Source: Bacteroidota bacterium
GTDB taxonomy: Bacteria > Bacteroidota > Bacteroidia > JABEUT01
Assembly: GCA_013289165.1 (NCBI GenBank)
Contig: JABDAL010000002.1
Coordinates: forward strand, 3,278 to 67,277
Length of the DNA stretch: 64,000 nucleotides
Reading direction: 5' to 3'
In this document: positions 48,621-58,587 of the stretch, piece after piece
How the letters are laid out: every line of letters starts with the position of its first letter
How positions within the stretch are numbered: position 1 is the stretch's first letter
The notes under the pieces: generated by a model
Databases searched by the model: none
What the model was told of the DNA's origin: nothing
Seen by the model: the letters and a program-made list of their open reading frames with translations, nothing else
Program-made: the position numbers and the translations under genes

Positions 48621-50450
48621 ATGATGAAAAAACTACTTATACTTTCAATTTTCACTTTCAGCTTTTCATTTTTCATTGCTGCGCAAAAGATTTCTACTGT
48701 TGCGGGAGATCGTTCTTACGGAGCGGGATATAGTGGAGATGGCGGGCCTGCTACCAATGCTGAATTAAACGACCCTCTCGGAGTTGCCATTGATGCTTCC
48801 GGGAATCTTTATATTTCAGATTATAATGATTTTACTATTCGAAAGGTTAATACCTCAGGAATTATAAGCACCCTAGCAGGAAATCATTCTTACGGACACG
48901 GTTATAGTGGAGACGGAGGGCCTGCCACGGCGGCTGAATTATTTGAACCCTGGGGAATTACTTTTGATGCTTCGGGAAACCTCTACATTGCAGACTGGGG
49001 TAATAACATTATCCGAAAGGTTAATACTTCAGGAATAATAAGCACTTTTGCAGGCAACCATATTTTTGGCTATTCAGGAGATGGAGGACCTGCCACTGCC
49101 GCGGAATTAAGAGCGCCTAACGGAGTTGCCGTTGACGCTTCGGGTAACCTGTATATTGGAGAGGAATCTAATTATGATGTTCGAAAAGTCAACACTTCGG
49201 AAATTATAAATACCATTGCAGGAAATCAAGTATTGGGGTATAGCGGGGATGGAGGGCCTGCTGCGGCTGCCGAACTAAGAGAACCCTATGGAATTGCCCT
49301 TGATCCGGCAGACAATCTCTATATTTCAGATTTCAATAATAATCTTATCCGGAAAGTAAACACTTCAGGCATTATAAGCACGGTTGCAGGAAACTATTCA
49401 TACGGACATGGGTACAGCGGAGACGGGGGGGCAGCAACTGCCGCGGAATTAAATGGACCTGCCGGAATTGCCTGTGATGCTTCAGGTACCCTATATATTG
49501 CTGATGTACGCAATGGTGTAGTTAGAAAAGTCAACACTTCAGGAATCATAAGCACGTTAGCAGGCAACCATATTTCTGGCTATTCAGGGGATGGAGGGCC
49601 TGCCACTGCTGCCGAATTAAATGACCCTGTCGCAATTTGTTTTGACGCTTCACGAAGTTTATACATTTCTGATAATTCTAATTATGTTATCCGGAAAGTG
49701 AGTCAGGGTTGCAATTTTGGCACTCCTTCAGCAGTAGTTATCCAGGATTTACTTTGCAATGGAATTAGTAATGGAGATGCACAGGTAATTGTAAATGGGG
49801 GTACTTATCCCCTTACCTATTTGTGGTCCAACGGTTCCACAGGGGTTTCCTCAGGAGCATTTTTAGGCCCACAAACTTATACGGTTACTGTACATGATGC
49901 CAATGGATGTACCACTACGGCAAGTGTTTCTTTAACACAACCCCCGGCAATAAGCTTAAAAATGGATTCGATAAATGGATTAAACTGCAATGGCTTTGCT
50001 AAAGTATCAGCCAGCGGAGGAGCTCCCCCCTACTCCTATTTGTGGCAACCGGGCTGTGAAAAAGGAGATAGCATTCTTAAACAATGTACCGGAATCTATT
50101 GTTGCAAAGTAACTGACCACAACGGCTGTGTAAAAAATATTTGTGTGAATTTAGTTACGGGAGTAGACGAATTGTCAGTAGATAATGGACAATTAACCAT
50201 TTTCCCTAATCCATCAAATGGCTTATTCACATTGTCCTTCAGTCATCCCGAACTCGTTTCGGGCTCGCACACGATAGAAATATATAATGTTACCGGGCAA
50301 AAAGTTTATTCTACCCTTCTGCCACAAACTTCTAAAGGGACTTTACATTCTATCGACTTGGGTAATCAACCAAGTGGAGTATACTTATATAAAGTTACGG
50401 ATGAAAATAGCGCTATCATTGGAGAAGGCAAGCTGGTGATAGAAAAATAA
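48621..50450 (+). CDS. NHL-repeat, SprB-repeat protein with a T9SS type-A C-terminal sorting domain
   Basis: Signal peptide and about 6 NHL repeats (YSGDGGPATAAEL..P.G.A.DASGNLYI.D..N..IRKV). Cys-rich SprB-like repeats follow (CNG..NG, HDANGCTTTASVSLTQP), then the C-terminal sorting domain (TIFPNPSNGLFTL...GVYLYKV...GKLVIEK). The likely start is MMKKLL at 48621. Confidence 0.7.
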   Translation: MMKKLLILSIFTFSFSFFIAAQKISTVAGDRSYGAGYSGDGGPATNAELNDPLGVAIDASGNLYISDYNDFTIRKVNTSGIISTLAGNHSYGHGYSGDGGPATAAELFEPWGITFDASGNLYIADWGNNIIRKVNTSGIISTFAGNHIFGYSGDGGPATAAELRAPNGVAVDASGNLYIGEESNYDVRKVNTSEIINTIAGNQVLGYSGDGGPAAAAELREPYGIALDPADNLYISDFNNNLIRKVNTSGIISTVAGNYSYGHGYSGDGGAATAAELNGPAGIACDASGTLYIADVRNGVVRKVNTSGIISTLAGNHISGYSGDGGPATAAELNDPVAICFDASRSLYISDNSNYVIRKVSQGCNFGTPSAVVIQDLLCNGISNGDAQVIVNGGTYPLTYLWSNGSTGVSSGAFLGPQTYTVTVHDANGCTTTASVSLTQPPAISLKMDSINGLNCNGFAKVSASGGAPPYSYLWQPGCEKGDSILKQCTGIYCCKVTDHNGCVKNICVNLVTGVDELSVDNGQLTIFPNPSNGLFTLSFSHPELVSGSHTIEIYNVTGQKVYSTLLPQTSKGTLHSIDLGNQPSGVYLYKVTDENSAIIGEGKLVIEK

Positions 50451-50465
50451 ACAGTATTATATATC

Positions 50466-52280
50466 ATGAAAAAACTACTTATACTTTCAACTCTCACTTT
50501 CATCTTTTCATTTTTCATTGCTGCACAAAATATTTCCACTGTTGCCGGAAATCACTCCCTGGGACGTGGTTATAGTGGAGATTATGGCCCTGCCACAGCT
50601 GCTAAATTAGATGAGCCCACGGGAGTTTTATGTGATGCTTCCGGCAACTTGTATATTGTAGACGCTGGTGAGAATGCCATCCGAAAGGTAAATACTTCAG
50701 GGATTATTACCAGCGTTGTGGGAAATAGTGCATCGGGGTACACCGGGGATGGAGGGCCCGCTGTATATGCTGAACTGTCTGCCCCTAAGACGGCCTGTTT
50801 TGATGGTTCCGGTAACCTGTATATTGCAGACTATAATAACCAGGTTATACGAAAGGTTAATACGTCGGGAATAATCACTACTGTTGCAGGAAATAATTCC
50901 TATGGACGTGGTTATAGCGGAGACGGGGGACCTGCCACTGCCGCTGAATTATATGACCCTTTTGGAATTGCCTGTGACGCTGCGGGCAATTTGTACATTG
51001 CAGATGACAATAATGATATTATACGAAAAGTAAATACTTCAGGAGTTATAAGCACCTATGCGGGAATTCCTACAAAGCAAGGGTATAGCGGAGACGGAGG
51101 CCCCGCTACGGCAGCCGAACTATATAATCCTGATGGAGTTGTTCTTGATCCTGTTGGCAATCTCTATATTTCAGATTACAATAATCATGTTATCCGTAAA
51201 GTAAATACTTCCGGGACTATTAGCACTGTTGCAGGAAACCATACTTACGGATATAGTGGAGACGGAGGAGCTGCTACGGCGGCCGAATTGTCTATTACCA
51301 TCGGCGTTAGCCTTGATATCCCCGGTAATATATATATATCAGACGTAACTAATGAGGTTATCCGGAAGATAAACACTTCCGGGATTATTAGCACCGTTGC
51401 GGGAAATGGTAGATTTGGGTACAGTGGGGATGGAGGGCCTGCTACGGCTGCTGAAATATTTTCACCCTATCAAGTTGCGTTTGACCCTTCCGGTAATATG
51501 TATATTGCAGACTATAATAATGAGGTTATACGAAAAGTAGCTCCTTGTAACTTTGGGACTTCGTCGGCTGTAGTTATCCAGGGTATACTTTGCAATGGCA
51601 TCAATAATGGAGATGCCCAAGTAATTATAAGCGGAGGTACTTCTCCTTTTACCTATTCTTGGTCGAATGGCTCAACAGAGGATTCTTCAGGGGCATTTTT
51701 AGGCCCTCAAACTTATAGCGTTACCGTACATGATGCCAATGGATGTACGACTACGGCAAGTGTTTCTTTAACACAGCCTCCTGCAATAAGCTTAAAAATG
51801 GATTCAATAAATGGATTAAACTGTAATGGTTTTGCTAAAGTATCAGCCAGCGGTGGAGTTTCTCCCTATTCCTACCTCTGGCAACCGGGTGGAGAAACAG
51901 GAGATAGCATCCTAAAACAATGTACCGGAACGTATTGCTGTAAAGTAACTGACCACAATGGCTGTGTAAAGAATATTTGTGTGAACTTAGTAACTACCGG
52001 AATAAATCAATTGTCAACGGATAATGGACAATTAACCATTCATCCCAACCCAAGCAGTGGAGTATTTATGCTCCAAGCTAAGAGCGAAGAACAAAGAGGT
52101 AAGGGTATGGTAGAAATTTATAATGTGCTTGGAGAACAAGTCTACCGTTCAGGATTCCTGATTCCTAATTCTCAATTCCAAATTGATTTAAGTTCTCAAC
52201 CGAGTGGAGTGTATTTATATAAAGTTACGGATAAAAATAGCACTATCATTGGGGAAGGGAAGCTGGTGATAGAAAAGTAG
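50466..52280 (+). CDS. NHL-repeat, SprB-repeat T9SS cargo protein, tandem paralog of 48621-50450
   Basis: Same architecture as the upstream gene. It carries a near-identical block of about 100 aa (GAFLGPQTY.VTVHDANGCTTTASVSLTQPPAISLKMDSINGLNCNGFAKVSASGG...). Confidence 0.7.
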   Translation: MKKLLILSTLTFIFSFFIAAQNISTVAGNHSLGRGYSGDYGPATAAKLDEPTGVLCDASGNLYIVDAGENAIRKVNTSGIITSVVGNSASGYTGDGGPAVYAELSAPKTACFDGSGNLYIADYNNQVIRKVNTSGIITTVAGNNSYGRGYSGDGGPATAAELYDPFGIACDAAGNLYIADDNNDIIRKVNTSGVISTYAGIPTKQGYSGDGGPATAAELYNPDGVVLDPVGNLYISDYNNHVIRKVNTSGTISTVAGNHTYGYSGDGGAATAAELSITIGVSLDIPGNIYISDVTNEVIRKINTSGIISTVAGNGRFGYSGDGGPATAAEIFSPYQVAFDPSGNMYIADYNNEVIRKVAPCNFGTSSAVVIQGILCNGINNGDAQVIISGGTSPFTYSWSNGSTEDSSGAFLGPQTYSVTVHDANGCTTTASVSLTQPPAISLKMDSINGLNCNGFAKVSASGGVSPYSYLWQPGGETGDSILKQCTGTYCCKVTDHNGCVKNICVNLVTTGINQLSTDNGQLTIHPNPSSGVFMLQAKSEEQRGKGMVEIYNVLGEQVYRSGFLIPNSQFQIDLSSQPSGVYLYKVTDKNSTIIGEGKLVIEK

Positions 52281-52326
52281 GAATTTCATAATAATAACCT
52301 ATTTTTGCCTTTCATTTATCTAAGTA

Positions 52327-53652
52327 ATGGCACAGACCGAAGTATTAATGCCCAAAATGGGCGAGAGTGTAATAGAAGCTACCATTATTAAATGGACCAA
52401 GAATGAAGGCGACAGCATAAAAGTTGACGAAACCATTTTGGAAATAGCTACCGATAAGGTTGATTCTGAAATTCCCGCCCCTTCGGATGGAGTATTAGTA
52501 AAAAAACTTTGCAAAGAAGGAGAAGTAGTTCCTGTGGGAAAAGCCATTGCTATAATTTCTACTGATGCAGCAACTGTCGATGCTCCTGTTAGTAAACCTA
52601 CTGTAGAACAAAAGAAGGCTGCCCCTGTTGAAGAAAAACCTGCCCATGCTCCGATAACACCTAAACAACCTGCTGAGCCTGTTAAAAGATTTTCTAATTC
52701 AAGCAGGTTTTATTCTCCCCTTGTTAAAAGCATTGCAAAAAAAGAAGGAATCGGATTAAATGAACTGGAGAGTATAGCCGGAAGCGGAAAGGCAGGAAGG
52801 GTTACTAAAAATGATATTATTTCTTATCTCCCCTCCCGTCAAACAAATGGAACTACCGAAGCAATCAAACCAATTACCTATACCGAAACGATAAGCCCCG
52901 TTAGGGAAGAAGCCCAGGCTAAACCTTTAGCCGTAGGAGCCAACGATGAAATTATTGAGATGGACCGTATGAGGAAGCTCATTGCAGACCACATGGTGAT
53001 GTCGAAACGGGTTTCACCACATGTTACTTCGTATGTAGAAGCAGATGTTACCAACCTGGTTTTGTGGAGAGAGAAGGTGAAAAAGGAATTTGAAAAGAAA
53101 GAAGGAGAAAAACTCACCTTCACCCCGATATTTATGGAAGCCACTGTAAAAGCCCTGAAAGACTATCCTATGGTAAATGTGTCGGTGGATGGCACAAAAA
53201 TTATACGTCACAGGGATATCCATATTGGTATGGCAGTAGCCCTTCCGAGCGGAAACCTCATTGTTCCTGTAATAAAATATGCCGACCGCAGCAGTTTGCT
53301 AGGCCTGACTAAACAAGTAAATGCCCTTGCCAACCGTGCCCGTATAAACAAACTAATGCCTGACGATACACAGGGCGGAACATTTACTATTACCAATGTG
53401 GGCACATTCGGCAACATTATGGGAACTCCTATTATTAACCAACCCCAGGCAGCTATTCTTGCAACCGGAATCATTAAAAAGAAACCGGTAGTTATAGAGT
53501 CCCCACTGGGCGACATGATAGGAATACGCCACATGATGTTCCTTTCGCTATCATATGACCACCGTGTGGTAGACGGTGCTTTGGGAGGCAGTTTCCTGAA
53601 AAAAGTGGCTGATTACCTTGAATCGTTTAATATTAATAGAATTACTTGGTAA
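52327..53652 (+). CDS. Dihydrolipoamide acyltransferase (E2 component of a 2-oxoacid dehydrogenase complex)
   Basis: Lipoyl domain (EIATDKV), Ala/Pro linker, E3-binding domain, and catalytic domain (SLSYDHRVVDGA). Confidence 0.85.
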   Translation: MAQTEVLMPKMGESVIEATIIKWTKNEGDSIKVDETILEIATDKVDSEIPAPSDGVLVKKLCKEGEVVPVGKAIAIISTDAATVDAPVSKPTVEQKKAAPVEEKPAHAPITPKQPAEPVKRFSNSSRFYSPLVKSIAKKEGIGLNELESIAGSGKAGRVTKNDIISYLPSRQTNGTTEAIKPITYTETISPVREEAQAKPLAVGANDEIIEMDRMRKLIADHMVMSKRVSPHVTSYVEADVTNLVLWREKVKKEFEKKEGEKLTFTPIFMEATVKALKDYPMVNVSVDGTKIIRHRDIHIGMAVALPSGNLIVPVIKYADRSSLLGLTKQVNALANRARINKLMPDDTQGGTFTITNVGTFGNIMGTPIINQPQAAILATGIIKKKPVVIESPLGDMIGIRHMMFLSLSYDHRVVDGALGGSFLKKVADYLESFNINRITW

Positions 53653-53713
53653 TTAACACTTTTTAACAAACCCTTTCCCTAATTTTGCAAAAAAACGTAC
53701 TTTTGGCAGGTTC

Positions 53714-54040
53714 ATGATTTCAAAAACTACTATACGAAGAGTTGGCTCCCTGTTTTTCCTGGGGATATTTGTTTGGTTTTATTCCGTTAAGGATATTCAC
53801 GACGTAGTGCATAGAGATGATGTGCACTGCCATGTTTTAAATGCCCAACATTTTCATACCCAGGAGCACCATTGCCCGGTTTGCGATTTTGAATTTCCGG
53901 GATTCGATGAGCAAAATCCTACTATACATGTAGCTTCTCATAAATTTTATATAAAGGTTCAATTCGCTGCTTTAGCACAAGTCATTTCTTGTGAACCATC
54001 TTTCCCACTCCCTTCCCGTGCTCCCCCTGTGGTAGCCTAA
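53714..54040 (+). CDS. Hypothetical His/Cys-rich small membrane protein
   Basis: One TM helix followed by HDVVHRDDVHCHVLNAQHFHTQEHHCPVCDFEF. It sits upstream of a TonB-dependent receptor. Confidence 0.35.
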   Translation: MISKTTIRRVGSLFFLGIFVWFYSVKDIHDVVHRDDVHCHVLNAQHFHTQEHHCPVCDFEFPGFDEQNPTIHVASHKFYIKVQFAALAQVISCEPSFPLPSRAPPVVA

Positions 54041-54122
54041 GGAATTTCATTCCAGTTCAACTTTTTACACACCTTGTAACCCAACAAGTATTTTTAGTAT
54101 TTAAATTTTCTTTATATTATTT

Positions 54123-56603
54123 ATGAAAAAAATATTTTTAATATTTACATTGCTTTTATGTATACTATGCATAAAAGCACAATCGCTGAGTGGTACTGTT
54201 ACAGACTCAGCAAATCACCAGACCATTCCTGGAACGGTGGTCTACTTTCCCCAACTTAAGCTTGGTTCAACAACAGACCTAAAAGGATTTTATAAAATAT
54301 CTCCGGTACCGAATGGTACATACTTAGTGGAGGTGGAAATTTTGGGATATGCCACGATAACTAAATCGGTTAACATAAAAGGAAATGTAGTTCTTAACTT
54401 CACTATGTCTGCCTCTACATCCTCTGCAAAAGAAGTGGTGATTACAGCATTGGGCAATACCACGAGTGCACTTCGTTCACCGGTACCTGTTTCACTTGTT
54501 ACACATGATTTTTTAGTGCAGCAGTCGTCCACCAATGTGGTAGATGGAATAGCCACCCAGCCGGGCATTTCAGCCATCACTACCGGGCCGGGCGTTTCGA
54601 AGCCTGAAGTTAACGGGCTTGGATTTAACCGCGTACTGACGCTTTTTGACGGTATACGCCAACAAGATTTTCAATGGGGCGATGAACATGGCATACAGAT
54701 TGACCCTTATGCGGTTTATGATGCCGAAATTATCCGCGGTGCGGCTTCGCTCCAATATGGCTCGGATGCAGTGGGTGGTGTGGTTAGCTTTAAATCTCCC
54801 CCACTTCCCCAGGAAGGAGCCATTCAAGGTAGCGTGCTTGCCGAATACCAAACCAATAATGGGCTAATGGGAACATCGGAAGATGTAGGTGGAAATAAAA
54901 ATGGGCTTATTTGGGATTTACGATTGAGTGGCGAACAAGCTCACTGCTATTCTGACCCTAAAGACGGATATGTGTGGGGAACTGCAACAAGAGAATATAA
55001 TGTACGGCTAACACTTGGATTGGAGAAACAATGGGGCTACAGCCGTTTGACTGCAAGCATACTTCATCGTACTATAGAAATTCCGGATGGGAACCGGGAT
55101 AGCCTTACCGGGCAGTTTAAGTTTGATTATCCCATCAATGGACAAGTATATCCAAACCGGGCAAGTTTCTTGTCCTACAATCCCACCTATGTAGGATACC
55201 AGCAAGTGGAGCACGATGAATTAGCCTGGCAAAACAGCATCAGTATGGGCAATGGACGCATTTTGGCAGATATTGTATATGAAACTGACCACCGCGAGGA
55301 AATAGATACCGGAAGCGTTCCACTTTTAAATATGAGCCAATATGACATTCCCTACGCTTTAAAATACCAGGTAGAAAACAGCTCGGGATTAAAGTTGACC
55401 ACAGGAGTAAATGGGTATTATGAAAATATGCAAAATGCTGCAGAGGCCCCCTACCCCTATGTTTCGGTATTCCTGGTGCCTAGTTATGATTTATTCGACA
55501 TTGGTGGATTTGCTATATTGGAGAAGGATTACAAGAATCTTACCCTGAGTGGAGGCTTGCGGTATGATGTGAGGACTGAAACAGCCCAAAGTTTATACCT
55601 CCTTAACTCGGGAACTTCGAGCCAGATAGTGGTTCCTGACGGTACCCCCAATGACTACCCAAATTTCAAAGGCTTTCAAAAAACATATAGTGGCTTTTCC
55701 GGCAGCCTGGGAGCAAGTTACCAATTGCCCAAAGACTACTATATAAAAGCAAATGTGGCAAAAAGCTATCGTGCCCCAGCCATAACCGAAGCAGGAGAAA
55801 ACGGGGTGCATCCGGGAACCGCCAATTTTGAAATTGGAGACCCAAACCTTAAGCCTGAAGCAGGATATGAAGGAGATATTGCCTTTGGAAACAATGGCAA
55901 GGAGGTTAATTATGAAATAGATGTCTTTACAAATTATATACAAAATTTCATTTATGCCGACCGACTTGCAAGCAAATTAGGTGGCGATTCTATTACTCAG
56001 GGCTATCCTACTTTTAAGTTCCAGTCGAATACTGCAATTATTTCGGGAGTTGCAGCATATTTAAATATACATCCTACTGCCCTGAAATGGCTTGAACTGG
56101 ATAATGGATTCACGTACATTTACTCCTATATATTCAACCAAACTGATTCAACCCAGCATGTGCCATTTACGCCTGCTCCGCGCCTTACCTCAGAACTTAA
56201 ATTAAAGTTAACGAGCAGGCATGGTTCAATACTCAAAGGAACCTACGTTAAGTTTGGATTACAAAAAGATTGGGCTCAGAATAATATTTACAGTGCTAAT
56301 TGGACGGAACTCCCCTCCTTGCCCTATATATTATACAATGCAGGGATAGGTACGGATTTTGTCAATCCCAAGACTGCCAAAACAATATGCTCCTTTTACA
56401 TTAATGTAACTAACCTGACTAACATTGCCTATGCCGACCATACCAGCAGAACTCAATATTTTTTATCCTATAATGGTGTTACCCCGGCAATTGTTACCCA
56501 GCAAAGCCAGGGCATTTATAATATGGGAAGAAGTATAGGTTTCAAGCTTATTTTCCCGATCGGAGGAGGACACAGATACAATGAAACCTCTGATTCTAAA
56601 TGA
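54123..56603 (+). CDS. TonB-dependent outer-membrane receptor with a carboxypeptidase-regulatory-like N-terminal domain
   Basis: Signal peptide, a CarbopepD_reg-like domain, plug-domain motifs, and a C-terminal beta barrel. Confidence 0.8.
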   Translation: MKKIFLIFTLLLCILCIKAQSLSGTVTDSANHQTIPGTVVYFPQLKLGSTTDLKGFYKISPVPNGTYLVEVEILGYATITKSVNIKGNVVLNFTMSASTSSAKEVVITALGNTTSALRSPVPVSLVTHDFLVQQSSTNVVDGIATQPGISAITTGPGVSKPEVNGLGFNRVLTLFDGIRQQDFQWGDEHGIQIDPYAVYDAEIIRGAASLQYGSDAVGGVVSFKSPPLPQEGAIQGSVLAEYQTNNGLMGTSEDVGGNKNGLIWDLRLSGEQAHCYSDPKDGYVWGTATREYNVRLTLGLEKQWGYSRLTASILHRTIEIPDGNRDSLTGQFKFDYPINGQVYPNRASFLSYNPTYVGYQQVEHDELAWQNSISMGNGRILADIVYETDHREEIDTGSVPLLNMSQYDIPYALKYQVENSSGLKLTTGVNGYYENMQNAAEAPYPYVSVFLVPSYDLFDIGGFAILEKDYKNLTLSGGLRYDVRTETAQSLYLLNSGTSSQIVVPDGTPNDYPNFKGFQKTYSGFSGSLGASYQLPKDYYIKANVAKSYRAPAITEAGENGVHPGTANFEIGDPNLKPEAGYEGDIAFGNNGKEVNYEIDVFTNYIQNFIYADRLASKLGGDSITQGYPTFKFQSNTAIISGVAAYLNIHPTALKWLELDNGFTYIYSYIFNQTDSTQHVPFTPAPRLTSELKLKLTSRHGSILKGTYVKFGLQKDWAQNNIYSANWTELPSLPYILYNAGIGTDFVNPKTAKTICSFYINVTNLTNIAYADHTSRTQYFLSYNGVTPAIVTQQSQGIYNMGRSIGFKLIFPIGGGHRYNETSDSK

Positions 56604-56766
56604 CATTATACGTAACATCAAAAAAAATTTACTCTTATATAATATTCCTATACATGTTGCGTTGTTATAGTATAAAGGGTTTGTTTTAAAGGAGAGGCGT
56701 ATTTCATAGTTACGTTACTCCTGGCACACTTTTTAAAAAATAGTGTGTAGTTTTTTGTGTGAAGTT

Positions 56767-56803
56767 CGTCCCGGCAACCAATCGTCGGGACGGACTTTTT
56801 TTG
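56767..56803 (+). terminator. Rho-independent terminator
   Basis: cgtcccg-gcaaccaat-cgggacg (7-bp GC-rich stem) followed by a T7 run. Confidence 0.6.
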
Positions 56804-56844
56804 TGGGTGCCCATTTCAGCCGATTTATGTAGGTTTGCCTAAGA

Positions 56845-57852
56845 ATGAAACTAACCGCTCATCCCAAAATCATAATAAGCCGCACCGACAACATTGGTGA
56901 TGTAGTGCTCACTCTTCCCCTTGCGGCGTTTTTGAAAAAGAAATTCCCGGATGGGGAATTGATTTTTCTAGGCAAAAAATACATTAAACCTCTCATAGAT
57001 TGCTGCAAAAACATTGACCGGTTTGTAGACTGGGATACTCTTGCTTCTATTCCTGAACAGGAAAGAGCAATTGTACTTAAAGATATAGGGGCAGAAGTTA
57101 TCATCCACGTTTTTCCCCGCCCTGAAATTGCGCGTACAGCTTACAAAGCAGGAATAAAATACAGGATAGGAACCAGCCATAGATTCTATAATTGGCTTTA
57201 CTGTAATGAGAGAGTTGATTTTACCCGGAAAAACTCTCCCCTGCATGAAGCCCAGCTAAACTTTAAGCTGGCAGAACCTTTAGGAATTACAGATATTCCC
57301 TCCTTAGATGAACTCGGTAAAAGCTATGGGCTGACAAAACTGCCTGTTTTAAATGAAGAGTGGAAAAAACTTTTATCTAAAGATAAATCCAACCTTGTTA
57401 TTCATCCGCTATCACGCGGCAGTGCACGGAACTGGGATTGGAAGAATTATAACCGGTTGATTGAAATACTTCCCAAAGACAAATACAATATATTTATAAC
57501 AGGAACGGAAGCAGAGTCACTACCAATTACCGAAAATATTTTGCGCTACCATTCTTCCGTGATTGACCTGACAGGCAAATTAGACTTTGTGGAACTAATA
57601 GCATTTATTGCAAATATTGATGGACTGGTGGCAGCCAGCACCGGGCCTTTGCATATTGGAGCCGCATTAGGTAAAAAAGCAATAGGTTTATATCCATCTA
57701 TACGGCCTATGCACCCGGGGCGTTGGGCTCCATTGGGGCCAAAAGCAAAGTTTCTTGCCCTCGATAAAGATTGTGTGGAGTGTAAAAAGGGTAGCCATTG
57801 CTCTTGCATTAATACAATTAAGCCGGAGCAGGTGAAGGGGCTGTTGGTGTAG
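56845..57852 (+). CDS. Glycosyltransferase family 9 (LPS heptosyltransferase-like)
   Basis: The ISRTDNIGDVVLTLP N-terminus is typical of GT9. Length 335 aa. Confidence 0.7.
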   Translation: MKLTAHPKIIISRTDNIGDVVLTLPLAAFLKKKFPDGELIFLGKKYIKPLIDCCKNIDRFVDWDTLASIPEQERAIVLKDIGAEVIIHVFPRPEIARTAYKAGIKYRIGTSHRFYNWLYCNERVDFTRKNSPLHEAQLNFKLAEPLGITDIPSLDELGKSYGLTKLPVLNEEWKKLLSKDKSNLVIHPLSRGSARNWDWKNYNRLIEILPKDKYNIFITGTEAESLPITENILRYHSSVIDLTGKLDFVELIAFIANIDGLVAASTGPLHIGAALGKKAIGLYPSIRPMHPGRWAPLGPKAKFLALDKDCVECKKGSHCSCINTIKPEQVKGLLV

Positions 57853-58068
57853 AATTTATAATATCCGAACTAACATAGAAAGATGATGCTTTGGGAAACT
57901 TAATATGGAAGATATAAAATTTATCAAGAAAATTATTGAGCTTTACAAAAAAGCGAAAAGACCAATTTTTAAGAATGAGAAAAGAAATATTAAACGAGGT
58001 AGAGGTCATTCAATTTCAAGCAAGGTAGAAGACCTTTTTGCCGTGATAAACTTTCAGGTAAAATAGAG

Positions 58069-58563
58069 TTGTTAATAGATCAGCCCTTTACTTATTTCAA
58101 AGGCAAAAGAAAAAATAAAAAAACAATCTATCCTGATATTGCTGTAATAAAGGGTGATACTATTGTAAATTTATTTGACCTTAAAATGGACTTAGGGTTT
58201 CATAGGAAATTTTATCCCTTTTGCAAAGAGAAACAAACATTAGTAGAAAACATACGTGATTTGCCAGTTAATATAAAAAATAAAGAAGAAACCAAAGAAC
58301 AAAAATCTGATAATAAAACATACAACATAAGCAGAACTATTAAATATAATATTGTTATTGTTAGCAACCAAAATATTTCCAAAAAGCAAAAACAAAAGAA
58401 CGAGAAGGCTATTGAGAATAGGCTTGATAAAAATAAAGTTGAAATTTTTATCTTGACAGATATTCATCCCAATAAAGACTCTGGAAAATCTATACCTAAT
58501 ATTATTCTCAGGAAAGAGGACTTTATTAAATTGGAAAAGGAAATTAAAAGAAACGTGAAATAA
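58069..58563 (+). CDS. Hypothetical protein in a low-GC insert, possibly PD-(D/E)xK nuclease-like
   Basis: IYPDIAVIKGDTIVNLFDLK resembles PD...(D/E)xK spacing. The frame stays open upstream to 58003 and overlaps a 53-aa ORF (57906-58066) in another frame. Confidence 0.3.
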   Translation: MLIDQPFTYFKGKRKNKKTIYPDIAVIKGDTIVNLFDLKMDLGFHRKFYPFCKEKQTLVENIRDLPVNIKNKEETKEQKSDNKTYNISRTIKYNIVIVSNQNISKKQKQKNEKAIENRLDKNKVEIFILTDIHPNKDSGKSIPNIILRKEDFIKLEKEIKRNVK

Positions 58564-58587
58564 ACGTACTTATATCTCATAGTTATT

